DNA of 64,000 nucleotides from Candidatus Obscuribacterales bacterium. GTDB lineage: Bacteria; Cyanobacteriota; Vampirovibrionia; Obscuribacterales; Obscuribacteraceae. The stretch spans positions 672,001 to 736,000 of the forward strand of contig CBDDIJ010000003.1 of assembly GCA_965228855.1 (NCBI GenBank). The letters run 5' to 3'. Position 1 is the stretch's first letter. Each line of letters begins with the position of its first letter. Shown in pieces: positions 1 through 9,797 of the stretch. Made by a program: the position numbers and the translations under genes. The notes under the pieces are model-generated. The model saw only the letters and a program-made list of their open reading frames with translations. It was not told the origin of the DNA and made no database searches.

Positions 1-432
1 AACGGATAGCAATACTATCCGGAGATGTTCGCCTAGTGGAAATTCCGCTGGGCAGACGAGGTTGCCGACGTTCTCTATAATGATGAGATCTCCAGCCGGT
101 GATTTGTTCGAGTCTATTAGTCTGCTAATCATCTTTGCGTCAAGATGGCAGCTCCGACCAGTGCTGATCTGCACTGCGTTTATGCCTGCATCTCGAAGTC
201 TCTGCGCGTCGATGTCCCCGACCATATCACCTTCAATGACACCGATTGATCTTTCCGATCTCAGTTCGTTCGCGAGTTTTGATATAAGAGTAGTTTTGCC
301 AGCTCCCGGTGCGCTCATAAAATTAACAGCAAAGGCGCCTGCGTGTTCAAAGCTGTGCCGGTTGGCATGAGCGAGCTGATCGTTGTCTTCCAGAATGCGC
401 TTTAGAAGATGTTCGTCTGTACTGTCGTGCAT
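1..432 (-). CDS. hypB: Hydrogenase nickel incorporation GTPase HypB (runs off the window; not in ORF track)
   Basis: Manual translation MHDSTDEHLLKRILEDNDQLAHANR...FMSAPGAGKTTL...VIEGD...TGRSCHLDA...IENVGNLVCPAEFPLGE; GGAGG RBS. Confidence 0.92.
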   Translation of the reverse strand, partial: MHDSTDEHLLKRILEDNDQLAHANRHSFEHAGAFAVNFMSAPGAGKTTLISKLANELRSERSIGVIEGDMVGDIDAQRLRDAGINAVQISTGRSCHLDAKMISRLIDSNKSPAGDLIIIENVGNLVCPAEFPLGEHLRIVLLSV

Positions 433-555
433 AGAATGCTCCTCCTGCCGACCCATTGATAGAGTACCCGAAATTCCGCAAGTTCTAATCATCCGGTTGG
501 GCTATTTAGAAGCGCGCAAAAGGTGACTTCGCTAACTCATCCCTCGGTTTCAGTT

Positions 556-593
556 TTCACAGGACAGTAGTTTCTTCACAGGACAATAATTTC
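556..593. repeat. 19-bp tandem direct repeat
   Basis: ttcacaggacagtagtttc / ttcacaggacaataatttc. Confidence 0.7.
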
Positions 594-677
594 AAATCCT
601 TAGCGGAACGGTGGCCGCTTGTGAAATTCTGACGTTAGTAAAAACGAGAGAGGCTAGTGGTACTAAGTGCGGTACCA

Positions 678-709
678 ACAAAAAATAGACGCCGGTTTAA
701 CCGGCGTCT
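678..709 (-). terminator. Intrinsic terminator
   Basis: AGACGCCGGU/ACCGGCGUCU stem followed by AUUUUUUG. Confidence 0.85.
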
Positions 710-786
710 TCAGGCTCTGAGTTTCCTCTGGTGCCTGCTGCCCTTGGAATTCCGCTGTGGCTTCTTTCCTTGGGTTTCTCTTTGCT
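678..786 (-). ncRNA. Candidate purine/GGA-rich small RNA
   Basis: TTGCGA...TGTCATTAT promoter (790-817), no ORF, ends at the terminator. Confidence 0.45.
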
Positions 787-815
787 TATATAATGACAGT
801 TTTAATCCCGCTCGC

Positions 816-832
816 AATCATGCCTGATGATG
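816..832 (-). promoter_or_regulatory. Island motif, 1 mismatch (CATC-N9-GATT)
   Basis: 20 nt upstream of CATTAT (790-795). Confidence 0.55.
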
Positions 833-920
833 ATTCTTGCTCCTCCGTTGGGATGAATTCGAAGCAAATGTTTTAAATTTCGGGACGCCGCGTCTTGCTC
901 TGCAATTCAGCTCAGCACTT

Positions 921-937
921 CATCCGTGCGGCTGATG
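921..937 (+). promoter_or_regulatory. Island motif CATC-N9-GATG
   Basis: tCATCcgtgcggctGATG upstream of the USP at 1000. Confidence 0.65.
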
Positions 938-999
938 CAGGAAACACCTCTTAGGTGAGAGACTGAACACAGTTTAACTCGCTCGCAGGTGCTTCAGCC

Positions 1000-1575
1000 A
1001 TGAAAGAAAAGTCGAAGAAAAGAGGTCACGCTTATAAGGTCCTGGTGGCTGCCCACGACCAGCTGTTCGGGCGTGCATTACTTCAGTTTATCGAAAGCCA
1101 TCAATGGCCGGCTAACACCCAGTTCCATGTCCTTCATGTGATCGAAGATAATCCATTGAAGAAACCGCTTCTTCTGCCGCAGGATGTTTTGGATGACCTC
1201 ACGGAAGAAGAAGAGTTAGCGGGTATGGATGTTTTAAACTTCATGGCTCGTCAAATATATTCTTCTCTAACCAACGTTCGTGTGGCAAGACACTTAGTCA
1301 GAGGTGATGCGGCTCATGAAATTTTGAAGCTTGCCAAAGGCTTGCCAGCCAATATGATCTGCTTAGGCTCCCATGGACGGGCTGGATTCGAGCGCCTTAT
1401 GCTTGGAAGTGTTGCCACCGCAGTGGTCGCACACGCTCCTTGTTCAACCGTGGTATTGCGATTGTCTGAAGCGCAGAAAACGGAATTCGCTCAGTTCGAG
1501 TTCAATGAAGCGGATATACCCGAGCGCATGAGGGATGAACTTGAGATTCAAATCGAGCATTCGGCTAGTAAGTAG
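1000..1575 (+). CDS. Universal stress protein
   Basis: KVLVA...LGSHGRAGFERLMLGSVATAVVAHAPCS USP signature. Confidence 0.9.
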   Translation: MKEKSKKRGHAYKVLVAAHDQLFGRALLQFIESHQWPANTQFHVLHVIEDNPLKKPLLLPQDVLDDLTEEEELAGMDVLNFMARQIYSSLTNVRVARHLVRGDAAHEILKLAKGLPANMICLGSHGRAGFERLMLGSVATAVVAHAPCSTVVLRLSEAQKTEFAQFEFNEADIPERMRDELEIQIEHSASK

Positions 1576-1602
1576 ATTTAGATACGATTAGGAGAGAAAA
1601 AG

Positions 1603-2082
1603 ATGAAGGTTATTGTAGCTCTTGATGATTCGCCTCATTCTCGGGATGTTATTACTGCTGTAACCAGGCGCGCCTGGCCTGAGTTTACCCAGTTCAGAAT
1701 ATTAACGGTCGTCGAGCCTATTCAAAATTTTGACGACCTTGATGTTACCGGATCTGACTTCAAAGCGCAGCGAGAAAAGGCTGCCGACAAATTTTGCGGT
1801 TTGATTCGAGAGCAGCTTGAGTCCTCTGTTCCGGGAGCGATTGTGCACTATGAAGTGAAACACGGCACTCCGGCAGGTGAAATAATAAACGCCGCCGTGG
1901 AGTGGCCGGCTGAACTGATTATTCTTGGTGCTCACGGGCAGAGAGGATGTCCTACGAACTTAATGGGAAGCGTTTCTCGTGCCGTCGCTCACCATGCTCC
2001 ATGTTCAGTCGAAATCGTGCGCTCTAAAACATCTGCAAAAAGCAAGTCAAAGGAAAAAGCTGGTGCCAGTGTTGATTGCTAA
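1603..2082 (+). CDS. Universal stress protein
   Basis: MKVIVALDDS...GAHGQRG...GSVSRAVAHHAPCSV. Confidence 0.92.
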   Translation: MKVIVALDDSPHSRDVITAVTRRAWPEFTQFRILTVVEPIQNFDDLDVTGSDFKAQREKAADKFCGLIREQLESSVPGAIVHYEVKHGTPAGEIINAAVEWPAELIILGAHGQRGCPTNLMGSVSRAVAHHAPCSVEIVRSKTSAKSKSKEKAGASVDC

Positions 2083-2170
2083 ACCCGGGAGCTAGTCTCA
2101 TTACAAAAGTGCCATGCATTTGATCGCGTCACCGACTGTTGCCGGTGACGCGTATTTTTCTCAAACCCCC

Positions 2171-3586
2171 TTATCTATTGGCGAAGGCTTTCTCGTCCAG
2201 AACTAACGAATCGGCCATTCTCGGAACTTCCGGGTGTAGCGCAAATTTCTCTCGAATTTTTTCAGATAGGAGGTTCAGAGCATGGCTCTCTCCATGATTC
2301 AAAATCACGAGAGGTTTCGAATCAGCCATCGGCGCGAGCCATCGCAACAAGTCGGATTGACCGGCGTGCGCGCTGAAGCCACCCAACGATGCGATTCTAG
2401 CGCCGACCGAGATTGTATCTCCCATAATTTTGACCTTTTTCGCTCCTTCGACGAGTAGTCTTCCTAAAGAGCCTTTGGCCTGATATCCAACTATGATTAC
2501 GTAGCAGTTTTGCTTCCAGAGATTATGTTTCAAGTGGTGAACAATTCGACCTGCGTTGCACATTCCAGCGCCGGCAATTATTATGCACGGCCCATCGACT
2601 GCGTTCAACGCTTGCGATTGCTCTGCCGTTTCGCAGAGCTGCAAAGTTGATAGGTCCTTTCGCAGTTGCCCGGAACTCAGGAGCTCAGATATTTCAGGGT
2701 CCATTAGTTCCGCAAAGTCCAGATAGATCTTGGTAGCGGCGATAGCCATAGGACTATCCAGGTAGATAGGGATTGGCGCCACAATGTCGTTGCGAAACAT
2801 CTCTGCAAGGTGATAGAGAATGCTCTGGGTTCTGCCGACCGCGAAGGAGGGTATCAAGATCTTGCTTCGCGTTCGAATCGCTTCCTTAATGATCGCTTCA
2901 AATTCTGATACCGTATCCGATACTGTGCGATGGTCTCTATCTCCGTATGTTGATTCCATGATAACGGCATCAGCATTATTGATTAGGGCTGGATCGCGCA
3001 TCAAGGGAACGTCGAATTGTCCCAAATCGCCGGAGAAAACCAATTTCTTTTGCGTTCCATTAACATTTGCAGTAACAGTGATGGAGGCGGAACCAAGGAT
3101 GTGACCGGCCTCGTAGTAACGCACATTCAATTCGTCGTTAATCGAAAAATCTGCCCCAAGCTCGACTGGGTGGAAATGAGAAAAGACCTGCTCGACATCG
3201 TGCATATTGAAAAGTGGTTTTAAGCCTCTGAGACCGGCTCTTGCTCGTTTTCGATTGAGTCTTCCTACCTCATTCTCCTGGATGTTAGCGGCATCGGCTA
3301 GAATTATTTTTGCTATCTCGATTGTGCCTTTGGTTGCGTAAATCGGACCGCGGAAACCGGTCCTCATTAAAAGCGGTAGTCTGCCGCAATGATCCAGGTG
3401 CCCGTGAGTGAGGAGCACCGCATCCAGTGTCTTTGCTCCAAGGTGAGGGGGGATATTGTTTTTCCGATCGAGATGATCGCGACCCTGGAACATTCCGCAA
3501 TCCACTAGTATTCTACTTCGACCATGCTCGAGCAGGTTACAGGAGCCCGTCACTTCATTTGCAGCACCATACAGTGTTAGCTTCAT
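2171..3586 (-). CDS. MBL-fold beta-CASP metallo-hydrolase
   Basis: THGHLDHCG, AGHILGSA, FSGDLG, MESTYG, FSAHAG, NHGE motifs. Confidence 0.92.
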   Translation of the reverse strand: MKLTLYGAANEVTGSCNLLEHGRSRILVDCGMFQGRDHLDRKNNIPPHLGAKTLDAVLLTHGHLDHCGRLPLLMRTGFRGPIYATKGTIEIAKIILADAANIQENEVGRLNRKRARAGLRGLKPLFNMHDVEQVFSHFHPVELGADFSINDELNVRYYEAGHILGSASITVTANVNGTQKKLVFSGDLGQFDVPLMRDPALINNADAVIMESTYGDRDHRTVSDTVSEFEAIIKEAIRTRSKILIPSFAVGRTQSILYHLAEMFRNDIVAPIPIYLDSPMAIAATKIYLDFAELMDPEISELLSSGQLRKDLSTLQLCETAEQSQALNAVDGPCIIIAGAGMCNAGRIVHHLKHNLWKQNCYVIIVGYQAKGSLGRLLVEGAKKVKIMGDTISVGARIASLGGFSAHAGQSDLLRWLAPMADSKPLVILNHGESHALNLLSEKIREKFALHPEVPRMADSLVLDEKAFANR

Positions 3587-3837
3587 CTAGACCTCGGCAT
3601 CATATACGGTACTAACCTTGTTAAAGATTTGAGGCATAACGCTCTCGAACATAGTTTCGCCTATTGTCAGTTTACCCCATTCGACCGGTGAAAACATCAA
3701 TCCATCGAGCTATCAAACAGTGGTCGGTTTCTTCATACAAATGGATGAGGCGCTGATGCGTTAAATCACTCACAATATATCCAGACGTCTGCCGAAACAT
3801 TGAGTGCGTTTTTCGGCTCGCTGGAGCGTTCATAAGA

Positions 3838-4449
3838 ATGACCGAAAGTCCATTAATCAGTCGAAGCATTGACGTTGACTATTCTACGGTGGCGATTGCC
3901 CGAGATGGTCGACGAATTATTATTAGAGCAATCCGTCCAGACGATAAAGTTATTTTTGAAGATGAACTCCGGCATCTCAGTCCGGAATCAAGGTATTTTA
4001 GATTCTTTACACCGAAAACCGAGCTAACTGCAAAGGAATTGAAGTATTTTTCGGAGCTGGATTTTGTCAATCATGTTGGACTGATTGCACTGATCCAGGA
4101 CAATGACACTTTTGTTGCGGCTGGAACAGGACGATACATTGTTTGCCCAGCTAATGGAAATGGACCGAGCGCAGAAGTCGCCTTTGAGGTGAAAGAGGAA
4201 TTTCAAAATCTTGGCATTGCTACTATTTTACTTCGCGAACTGACTTGCATCGCGTCTAAATCCGGCATCAAACAGCTCGTGGCGTTTGTCCTCAACACGA
4301 ATTCTAAGATGCTCTCGGTCTTACGTAAGTTTCACTGGAAGTATCAAAGCCACGGCGGTTCCGCCGGTGTCATGACTCTCAGCAAAGAAGTTAGCGACAG
4401 TGAGTCGGGTGATATCCATACTCCCTCACAAAACCATTCCGAAGGATGA
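3838..4449 (+). CDS. GNAT N-acetyltransferase (Pat/YfiQ GNAT-domain-like)
   Basis: IRAIRPDD...LSPESRYFRFF...AEVAFEV...FQNLGIATILL. Confidence 0.88.
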   Translation: MTESPLISRSIDVDYSTVAIARDGRRIIIRAIRPDDKVIFEDELRHLSPESRYFRFFTPKTELTAKELKYFSELDFVNHVGLIALIQDNDTFVAAGTGRYIVCPANGNGPSAEVAFEVKEEFQNLGIATILLRELTCIASKSGIKQLVAFVLNTNSKMLSVLRKFHWKYQSHGGSAGVMTLSKEVSDSESGDIHTPSQNHSEG

Positions 4450-4544
4450 GGCGAGCCAGTCTTGAAGCTTCCATACTAATAAAAACGCATCGAGTCGCTG
4501 ATTGGGGAGACCCAGTCTTAGTTTTCAAAAGAGGAAAAACTGAA

Positions 4545-5213
4545 ATGCAAGTCAATTCAAACTTGAAAAATCGAATGGACGCGGTATGGATTCCTGCCGG
4601 CGGTGTCACGCTCCGAGGTGATTTATGCGTTCCTCCGCATGCCAGCGGAATAGTTGTTTTTGCTCATGGCAGTGGCAGCAGCCGGCTGAGTCCGCGAAAC
4701 CAATATGTTGCCAGAGAGCTTGAAGAGGCGAATGTCGCTACACTGCTAATCGATTTAATGACGGAAGACGAGGAGCGTGACGATATTGATACCGGTCATC
4801 TGCGGTTCGATATTGCTATGCTTGGTGACAGATTGGTGGATGTCATCGATTGGTTGACTGTCAATGAGCGCACATCTGGTTTAAACATCGGACTTTTCGG
4901 CGCAAGTACTGGCGCTGCCGCTGCAATACATGCGGCGAATAGAAGAAGCAAGTGGGTCAGAGCTATTGTTTCTCGGGGCGGCAGACCAGACCTGGCGGGC
5001 CTGGAGTTGAGCGAGCTGACAACCCCAATTTTACTTGTGGTTGGCATGGACGACCGGGATGTTTTGAAGCTGAACAAAAAGGTTTTGAATGTGTTGACGT
5101 GTCCTAAACAAATGACATTGATTGAAAACGCGACGCACCTGTTTGAAGAGCCTGGCGCCTTGACTCAAGTCACAGAGGCTGCGAAAAGTTGGTTCTTGCA
5201 TCATCTTACTTAA
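4545..5213 (+). CDS. Dienelactone hydrolase-like alpha/beta hydrolase
   Basis: FAHGSGSSRLSPRN, GASTG, SRGGRPDL, ATHLFEEPG; start chosen at MQVNS. Confidence 0.88.
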   Translation: MQVNSNLKNRMDAVWIPAGGVTLRGDLCVPPHASGIVVFAHGSGSSRLSPRNQYVARELEEANVATLLIDLMTEDEERDDIDTGHLRFDIAMLGDRLVDVIDWLTVNERTSGLNIGLFGASTGAAAAIHAANRRSKWVRAIVSRGGRPDLAGLELSELTTPILLVVGMDDRDVLKLNKKVLNVLTCPKQMTLIENATHLFEEPGALTQVTEAAKSWFLHHLT

Positions 5214-5384
5214 GGTCACTGTTTGGAAGGAAACCTGGTGCCGTATACGGTGCCCGGCTACAAATTGACGAGCAGTTCGACAGATCGTACTGCTCGTTTT
5301 CGTTTCGTTTCCACTTCTAATTAAGCTGACGGGTGTTGTAGCCACCGACGTTTAAACAAGCCTCTCATTAAGTGCGGAGACCCA

Positions 5385-6305
5385 CTAGGTGAGGCTTGTC
5401 TTGTAGGCAAAATCTGGGAACCTTCCGGGTTCGTTATACTTCCGTGGAACTGGTACTGCCGGTTTCACATTCTTTTGCTTTGTCGGTGTTTTATTTTCTT
5501 TTCTTTCAGAAGCCGGGGGCCGATCGTCGGGACGCAGTCGCTCTCTTACTTCTTCCAGTCGGTCTTGCATCTCCTGGGTCAGGGAATGATGACTCCCAAG
5601 AGAAAATTCGAAAGCTTCTAGTGCCTTTTGAAAGTACTCGACAGCTAACGTTAACTTATCGAAGTGCTCATAGTAATCGCCTAAATTAGAAGCTGTGAAA
5701 GCGTAGAAGAGACTTTTGACGCCCTTGCTTTTGCTGAAGGCGTCTAGCGATTGTTTGTAGTGAATTTCCGCGGACTCAAATTTCCCCAGTTTCAGCTCCG
5801 CATAGGCGAGGTTGTTAAGTGCAACACCGGCGTCAACGCTATATTCTCCATTCGCTTTCTTCACGAGCGGTAGAGCAAGGTTTAAATAACTCAGTGCTTT
5901 TTGATAGTTCTCTCTTGCTCCGTAAATCTCAGCCAGCTGAACGTAAATTTGCGCATAGGTTTCTTGCGGAAACTGATACCCTTTCAATATCTGGAGGTGA
6001 ACCCTGAGCACCTTCTCCTTTGATTCATTGTCACCGGTTTCTTCGAAGAGTCTTTCCAGAAGGCTGATTGTCGTCAAAGCCCTCACGGGGTCGTTGCCAA
6101 TTTGATCGAGGCACTTCATGAGGTCTCTATGCGCATCTTTGTAGAGTTTCTGGTCGAGCTCTTTGGATGCGGAGTAAAAATTGTGGAGCCACTGATTGTC
6201 GAGCGGTTTGCCTACGCTGGCAACGCTGCTACTCGTCCACGTAATGCAAAGTGCGACGGATAGAATAATTGTGTTCCTGAATGTGCGGCAGCTCGGCAAT
6301 TTCAT
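5385..6305 (-). CDS. Exported tetratricopeptide repeat protein
   Basis: Signal-like N-terminus; ALNNLAY...AEIHYKQSL and ASNLGDYY...AVEYFQKAL repeats. Confidence 0.8.
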   Translation of the reverse strand: MKLPSCRTFRNTIILSVALCITWTSSSVASVGKPLDNQWLHNFYSASKELDQKLYKDAHRDLMKCLDQIGNDPVRALTTISLLERLFEETGDNESKEKVLRVHLQILKGYQFPQETYAQIYVQLAEIYGARENYQKALSYLNLALPLVKKANGEYSVDAGVALNNLAYAELKLGKFESAEIHYKQSLDAFSKSKGVKSLFYAFTASNLGDYYEHFDKLTLAVEYFQKALEAFEFSLGSHHSLTQEMQDRLEEVRERLRPDDRPPASERKENKTPTKQKNVKPAVPVPRKYNEPGRFPDFAYKTSLT

Positions 6306-6354
6306 TTGTGAACCCTTCTTACTTTGTGATTATGACGGCGTTGTAGACTTCACG

Positions 6355-6371
6355 AATCGGCTGGAAGGATG
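6355..6371 (-). promoter_or_regulatory. Island motif, 1 mismatch
   Basis: tCATCcttccagccGATT, 20 nt upstream of CATAAT (6329-6334). Confidence 0.6.
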
Positions 6372-6506
6372 AGTTCATTAAGCTACTGTTTCTGACTATC
6401 CATCTAACGATCATCCTTAAGAGTGGTTCGGTTTTATTCCTAAATTGCTTGAATTAGATTATGGCGCTCGGTAGTGTCTCAACCTCGAAAACGGGAAGGA
6501 GCGGAG

Positions 6507-7223
6507 ATGAAATTTCTGGACAGAGCCACAGCAGGAAGACGGCTAGCCAAGGTCGTATCTGAACGCAAAAAGACATTCCCGAGCGGGCAGGATGGCAGTG
6601 GTGAAATTATCGTCGTGGGTCTTCCTCGAGGAGGGGTTCCCGTAGCGTTCGAGGTTTCCAAAAGTTTGAATTGTCCACTGGAAATCATCACTTCAAAAAA
6701 ATTGTCATATCCGGGTCAGCCTGAATATGCCATCGGTGCTGTCTCGTCTGATGGCTTTGTCGTTTTGAATCCAAACATTCCTCAGACCTCCAACTGGCAA
6801 GACTACGTTGATGGAGAGCGCACGCGATTACGGAAGGAGACTCTAGCAAATGAGGAGAGACTGTATCGTCTTGCCGGGCGTGAGCGCTGCACCAAATATG
6901 ATGGCAAATGCGTAATTATTGTCGACGACGGTATCGCTACAGGAATGACAGCTATTGCTGCGATTGAAACCGCTAGAGCAAGAGGCGCTGCTGCGGTATA
7001 CCTGGCGGCTCCGGTGATCTGCCGCGAAAGTTTCTTCGAACTCAACGAACACTGTGATGGCTTGATTGCTTGTGAAGTTCCTGAGGTGTTTGAATCCGTA
7101 GGCTACTACTACGTAAACTTTCAACAGACCTCGGATAATGAGGTAGTTGAGGCTTTGCGACAAAAATTACCGCCGGCGTATAATCATGAGGTCCGCGAAA
7201 GCTCGATCAACTCCATCGGCTAG
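6507..7223 (+). CDS. Phosphoribosyltransferase family protein
   Basis: FLDRATAG, GLPRGGVPVA, IIVDDGIATG PRPP motif. Confidence 0.9.
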   Translation: MKFLDRATAGRRLAKVVSERKKTFPSGQDGSGEIIVVGLPRGGVPVAFEVSKSLNCPLEIITSKKLSYPGQPEYAIGAVSSDGFVVLNPNIPQTSNWQDYVDGERTRLRKETLANEERLYRLAGRERCTKYDGKCVIIVDDGIATGMTAIAAIETARARGAAAVYLAAPVICRESFFELNEHCDGLIACEVPEVFESVGYYYVNFQQTSDNEVVEALRQKLPPAYNHEVRESSINSIG

Positions 7224-7225
7224 CA

Positions 7226-8092
7226 ATGAAACTTCCTTCTAGATCTTTGAAACTTCCGGTCGCACTGTCATTAATCGTGGCAGGGAGTATTGTGCTGTCG
7301 ACTTTTACCACGGGCAGTGCTGAGGATCTTTACACGCATATGTTGCAGCGACCGATCTTCAATAAAAATCAGTTGGATGAAGAGCAAAAAAAGCCAGTTG
7401 AAAACGACGTTGAGATTATGGATCAGTGCGCTGGTACGATGAGACATTATCGTTTTTCTCCCACGGGTTTTGAGCCTCGAAAACCGGATGCGCAAAGTCG
7501 CCACGGTAAGCAGCTTTACAAAGAGCGAAATTGCGTGCAGTGTCATGCAATTAACGGTCAGGGCGGCGAATTAGGACCTCCTCTGGATGGAATCGGAGGT
7601 CATCGTGGAAAGGAGTGGTTAGTTGCACGTTTGCTCGATCCAGAGAAGCAAATGCGCGATTTCCCTGATGTTTTCGATCGACGAAAAAACGTTATGCCGC
7701 ATCCTGGAGTTTCCGAGGAGGATGCCTCGGCGATAGCCGACTATTTGTTGACGCTTCCGGAACCCGAGTTGGGCTGGGTCGTTTCATCTCATTCTGTTTC
7801 AGCGGATGATAAATCAAAAAGTTCCGATTTTGTTTTTAAAACTTCGGACGCTAGCGCAAGCCGCGGTGCGAAACTGTTCGTACAGCTATACTGTGCTTCC
7901 TGCCACTCCACCGACGGCGAAGGAAATAGATCTGGTCCGGATCTTCGCGGAATCGGATCACGTCTGTCTGAATCTGAGCTGGAGCAGGTTCTAACAGGCT
8001 CTGCAAAATTCATGACCATGCGCGCGATAACAACGAGCATCGAGAAAGATGAATTGACAGACCTTAAAGCATTTCTGCTGACTCTAAAGTAA
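7226..8092 (+). CDS. Exported dihaem c-type cytochrome
   Basis: Signal peptide; CVQCH and CASCH, each followed by GPxL. Confidence 0.88.
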   Translation: MKLPSRSLKLPVALSLIVAGSIVLSTFTTGSAEDLYTHMLQRPIFNKNQLDEEQKKPVENDVEIMDQCAGTMRHYRFSPTGFEPRKPDAQSRHGKQLYKERNCVQCHAINGQGGELGPPLDGIGGHRGKEWLVARLLDPEKQMRDFPDVFDRRKNVMPHPGVSEEDASAIADYLLTLPEPELGWVVSSHSVSADDKSKSSDFVFKTSDASASRGAKLFVQLYCASCHSTDGEGNRSGPDLRGIGSRLSESELEQVLTGSAKFMTMRAITTSIEKDELTDLKAFLLTLK

Positions 8093-8115
8093 GGATAGTC
8101 GTTCTCTCAAGTAGA

Positions 8116-8625
8116 TTATGATTTATGACTACCGGTGAGTGGTCTTTCAGTCGCGCTGTTGGATACTGTTTCCTGTTCTTCAGGTTTATCCAGGTGGACG
8201 ATTGCCACCGAGCACGGTGCATGCGAAATAACCGCCATCGAAACGCTTCCTAAAAATAATCGTCCGATCTCTGTTCGTCCATGGGAGCCCATGACTATCA
8301 GGTCTATTGCGTTCTCCCTGGCATAGGCTACCAGATCTTCGTTTGGAAAACCTTCTACGACGATTTCTTCGATATCTTGCTCGGCTAGCTTTTGTTGAAT
8401 CGAATTTGCTGTTTTGTGTACCAGCTCTCTGGCAGCGGCAAACTGCTTTTCCTCTATCTCATCAAGCAAAGGACCGGGCAGAACGGCCAGGGTTTTGCTA
8501 AGCTTTGTCGGTTTGACCACACTCATGATTATGAACCTGGTGTCTGGCTTCCATGTGTGATTTACGACGAAGTTGGTTATGGCTCTGGCGAAGTCAGCCT
8601 GGTCTACTGCAATTAAAACCTTCAT
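8116..8625 (-). CDS. Universal stress protein
   Basis: MKVLIAVD...MGSHGRTEIGRLFLGSVS...HAPCSV. Confidence 0.9.
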   Translation of the reverse strand: MKVLIAVDQADFARAITNFVVNHTWKPDTRFIIMSVVKPTKLSKTLAVLPGPLLDEIEEKQFAAARELVHKTANSIQQKLAEQDIEEIVVEGFPNEDLVAYARENAIDLIVMGSHGRTEIGRLFLGSVSMAVISHAPCSVAIVHLDKPEEQETVSNSATERPLTGSHKS

Positions 8626-8731
8626 CCGATTAGTCCTCTGTGACCCTGTTCTATTCATTTTGGCTGAGGGTGCGTTTGACCGCATCCTCCCAAAGATTTA
8701 TTCCGTTCATGCTAGAGAACCAGATCTGTGC

Positions 8732-9733
8732 CTAGTGATTGAAAACGATGACGGCCGCTCCTTCGATAGCCCCCTGACGAAGTTTTTCAATTGCATCATT
8801 GATACTTTCCAGGTCAAATACCGAAACGTGCGTCTGGATCGTCAGGTTTTTAACGATATTGAAAAATTCTTCGCCATCCTTTCGACAGAGATTAGCAACA
8901 GACTTGACGCTTCGTTCGCCCCAGAGAAGTGAATAGGGGAAACTCGGGATATCGCTCATGTGGATCCCGCCGCATACCACGGTGCCACCGGGTCTGGTAT
9001 CACTGAGTGCTTTGGGCACCAGGTTTCCTGCCGGGGCAAAAATTATCGCGGCATCTAACGGCGTCGGCGGCTTCTCTAATGAAGATCCGGACCACTCGAC
9101 TCCGAGACTAAGCGCAAACTTTTGCTTGCGCTCGTCACCGGGAGATGTAAATGCGAAAACACGTTTGCCCTGGTGAATGGCAATCGGTGTTATGACATGT
9201 GCTGCTGCGCCAAATCCGTAAATCCCGAGATGTTTCTCATCGCCGGCAAACTTAAGAGATCGCCAGCCAATTAGACCGGCACAGAGTAGTGGCGCGGCGT
9301 GTTGAGCGTCATAATTTTCAGGGATCGGAAAACAAAACCTGGAGTCTGCGACTGTGTATTCCGAGAATCCTCCGTCTACGTTATATCCGGTGAAGAGCGC
9401 ATCTGGACAAAGATTTTCTTGCCCTCTGAGACAAAATGAGCATGATAAACAGGTTGATGCTAGCCAGGGAACACCTACCAGGTCGCCAACTTTGAAATTG
9501 GAGACACCGCTTCCTGTCTCGACCACTGTACCAACGATCTCATGACCCAGAATCAAATTCTCTTTTGGATTGCTAAGTTCGCCATCTATGACATGCAGGT
9601 CGGTACGACAGATTGCGCAAGCTCTAACTTTCAGCAATAGTTGATTGACCTTGGGCTTCGGTTTCGGGACCTCGGTTAATTCCAAAGCCTTTTTGTTGTT
9701 GCGAAGTATCGCCGCTCTCATCTGCTCTTTCAC
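8732..9733 (-). CDS. Zinc-dependent alcohol dehydrogenase
   Basis: CRTDLH, GHEIVG, CxxCxxC...C structural Zn site, GFGAAA. Confidence 0.92.
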   Translation of the reverse strand: MKEQMRAAILRNNKKALELTEVPKPKPKVNQLLLKVRACAICRTDLHVIDGELSNPKENLILGHEIVGTVVETGSGVSNFKVGDLVGVPWLASTCLSCSFCLRGQENLCPDALFTGYNVDGGFSEYTVADSRFCFPIPENYDAQHAAPLLCAGLIGWRSLKFAGDEKHLGIYGFGAAAHVITPIAIHQGKRVFAFTSPGDERKQKFALSLGVEWSGSSLEKPPTPLDAAIIFAPAGNLVPKALSDTRPGGTVVCGGIHMSDIPSFPYSLLWGERSVKSVANLCRKDGEEFFNIVKNLTIQTHVSVFDLESINDAIEKLRQGAIEGAAVIVFNH

Positions 9734-9797
9734 CGCCTGAACTCCGTGTTTCTCTATCCATTGTACTAAGTTGTAGCCAATGGCTTTGTGATCACCA

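Noticed and set aside
62..370. 102-aa plus-strand ORF
   Set aside because: Antisense shadow of hypB
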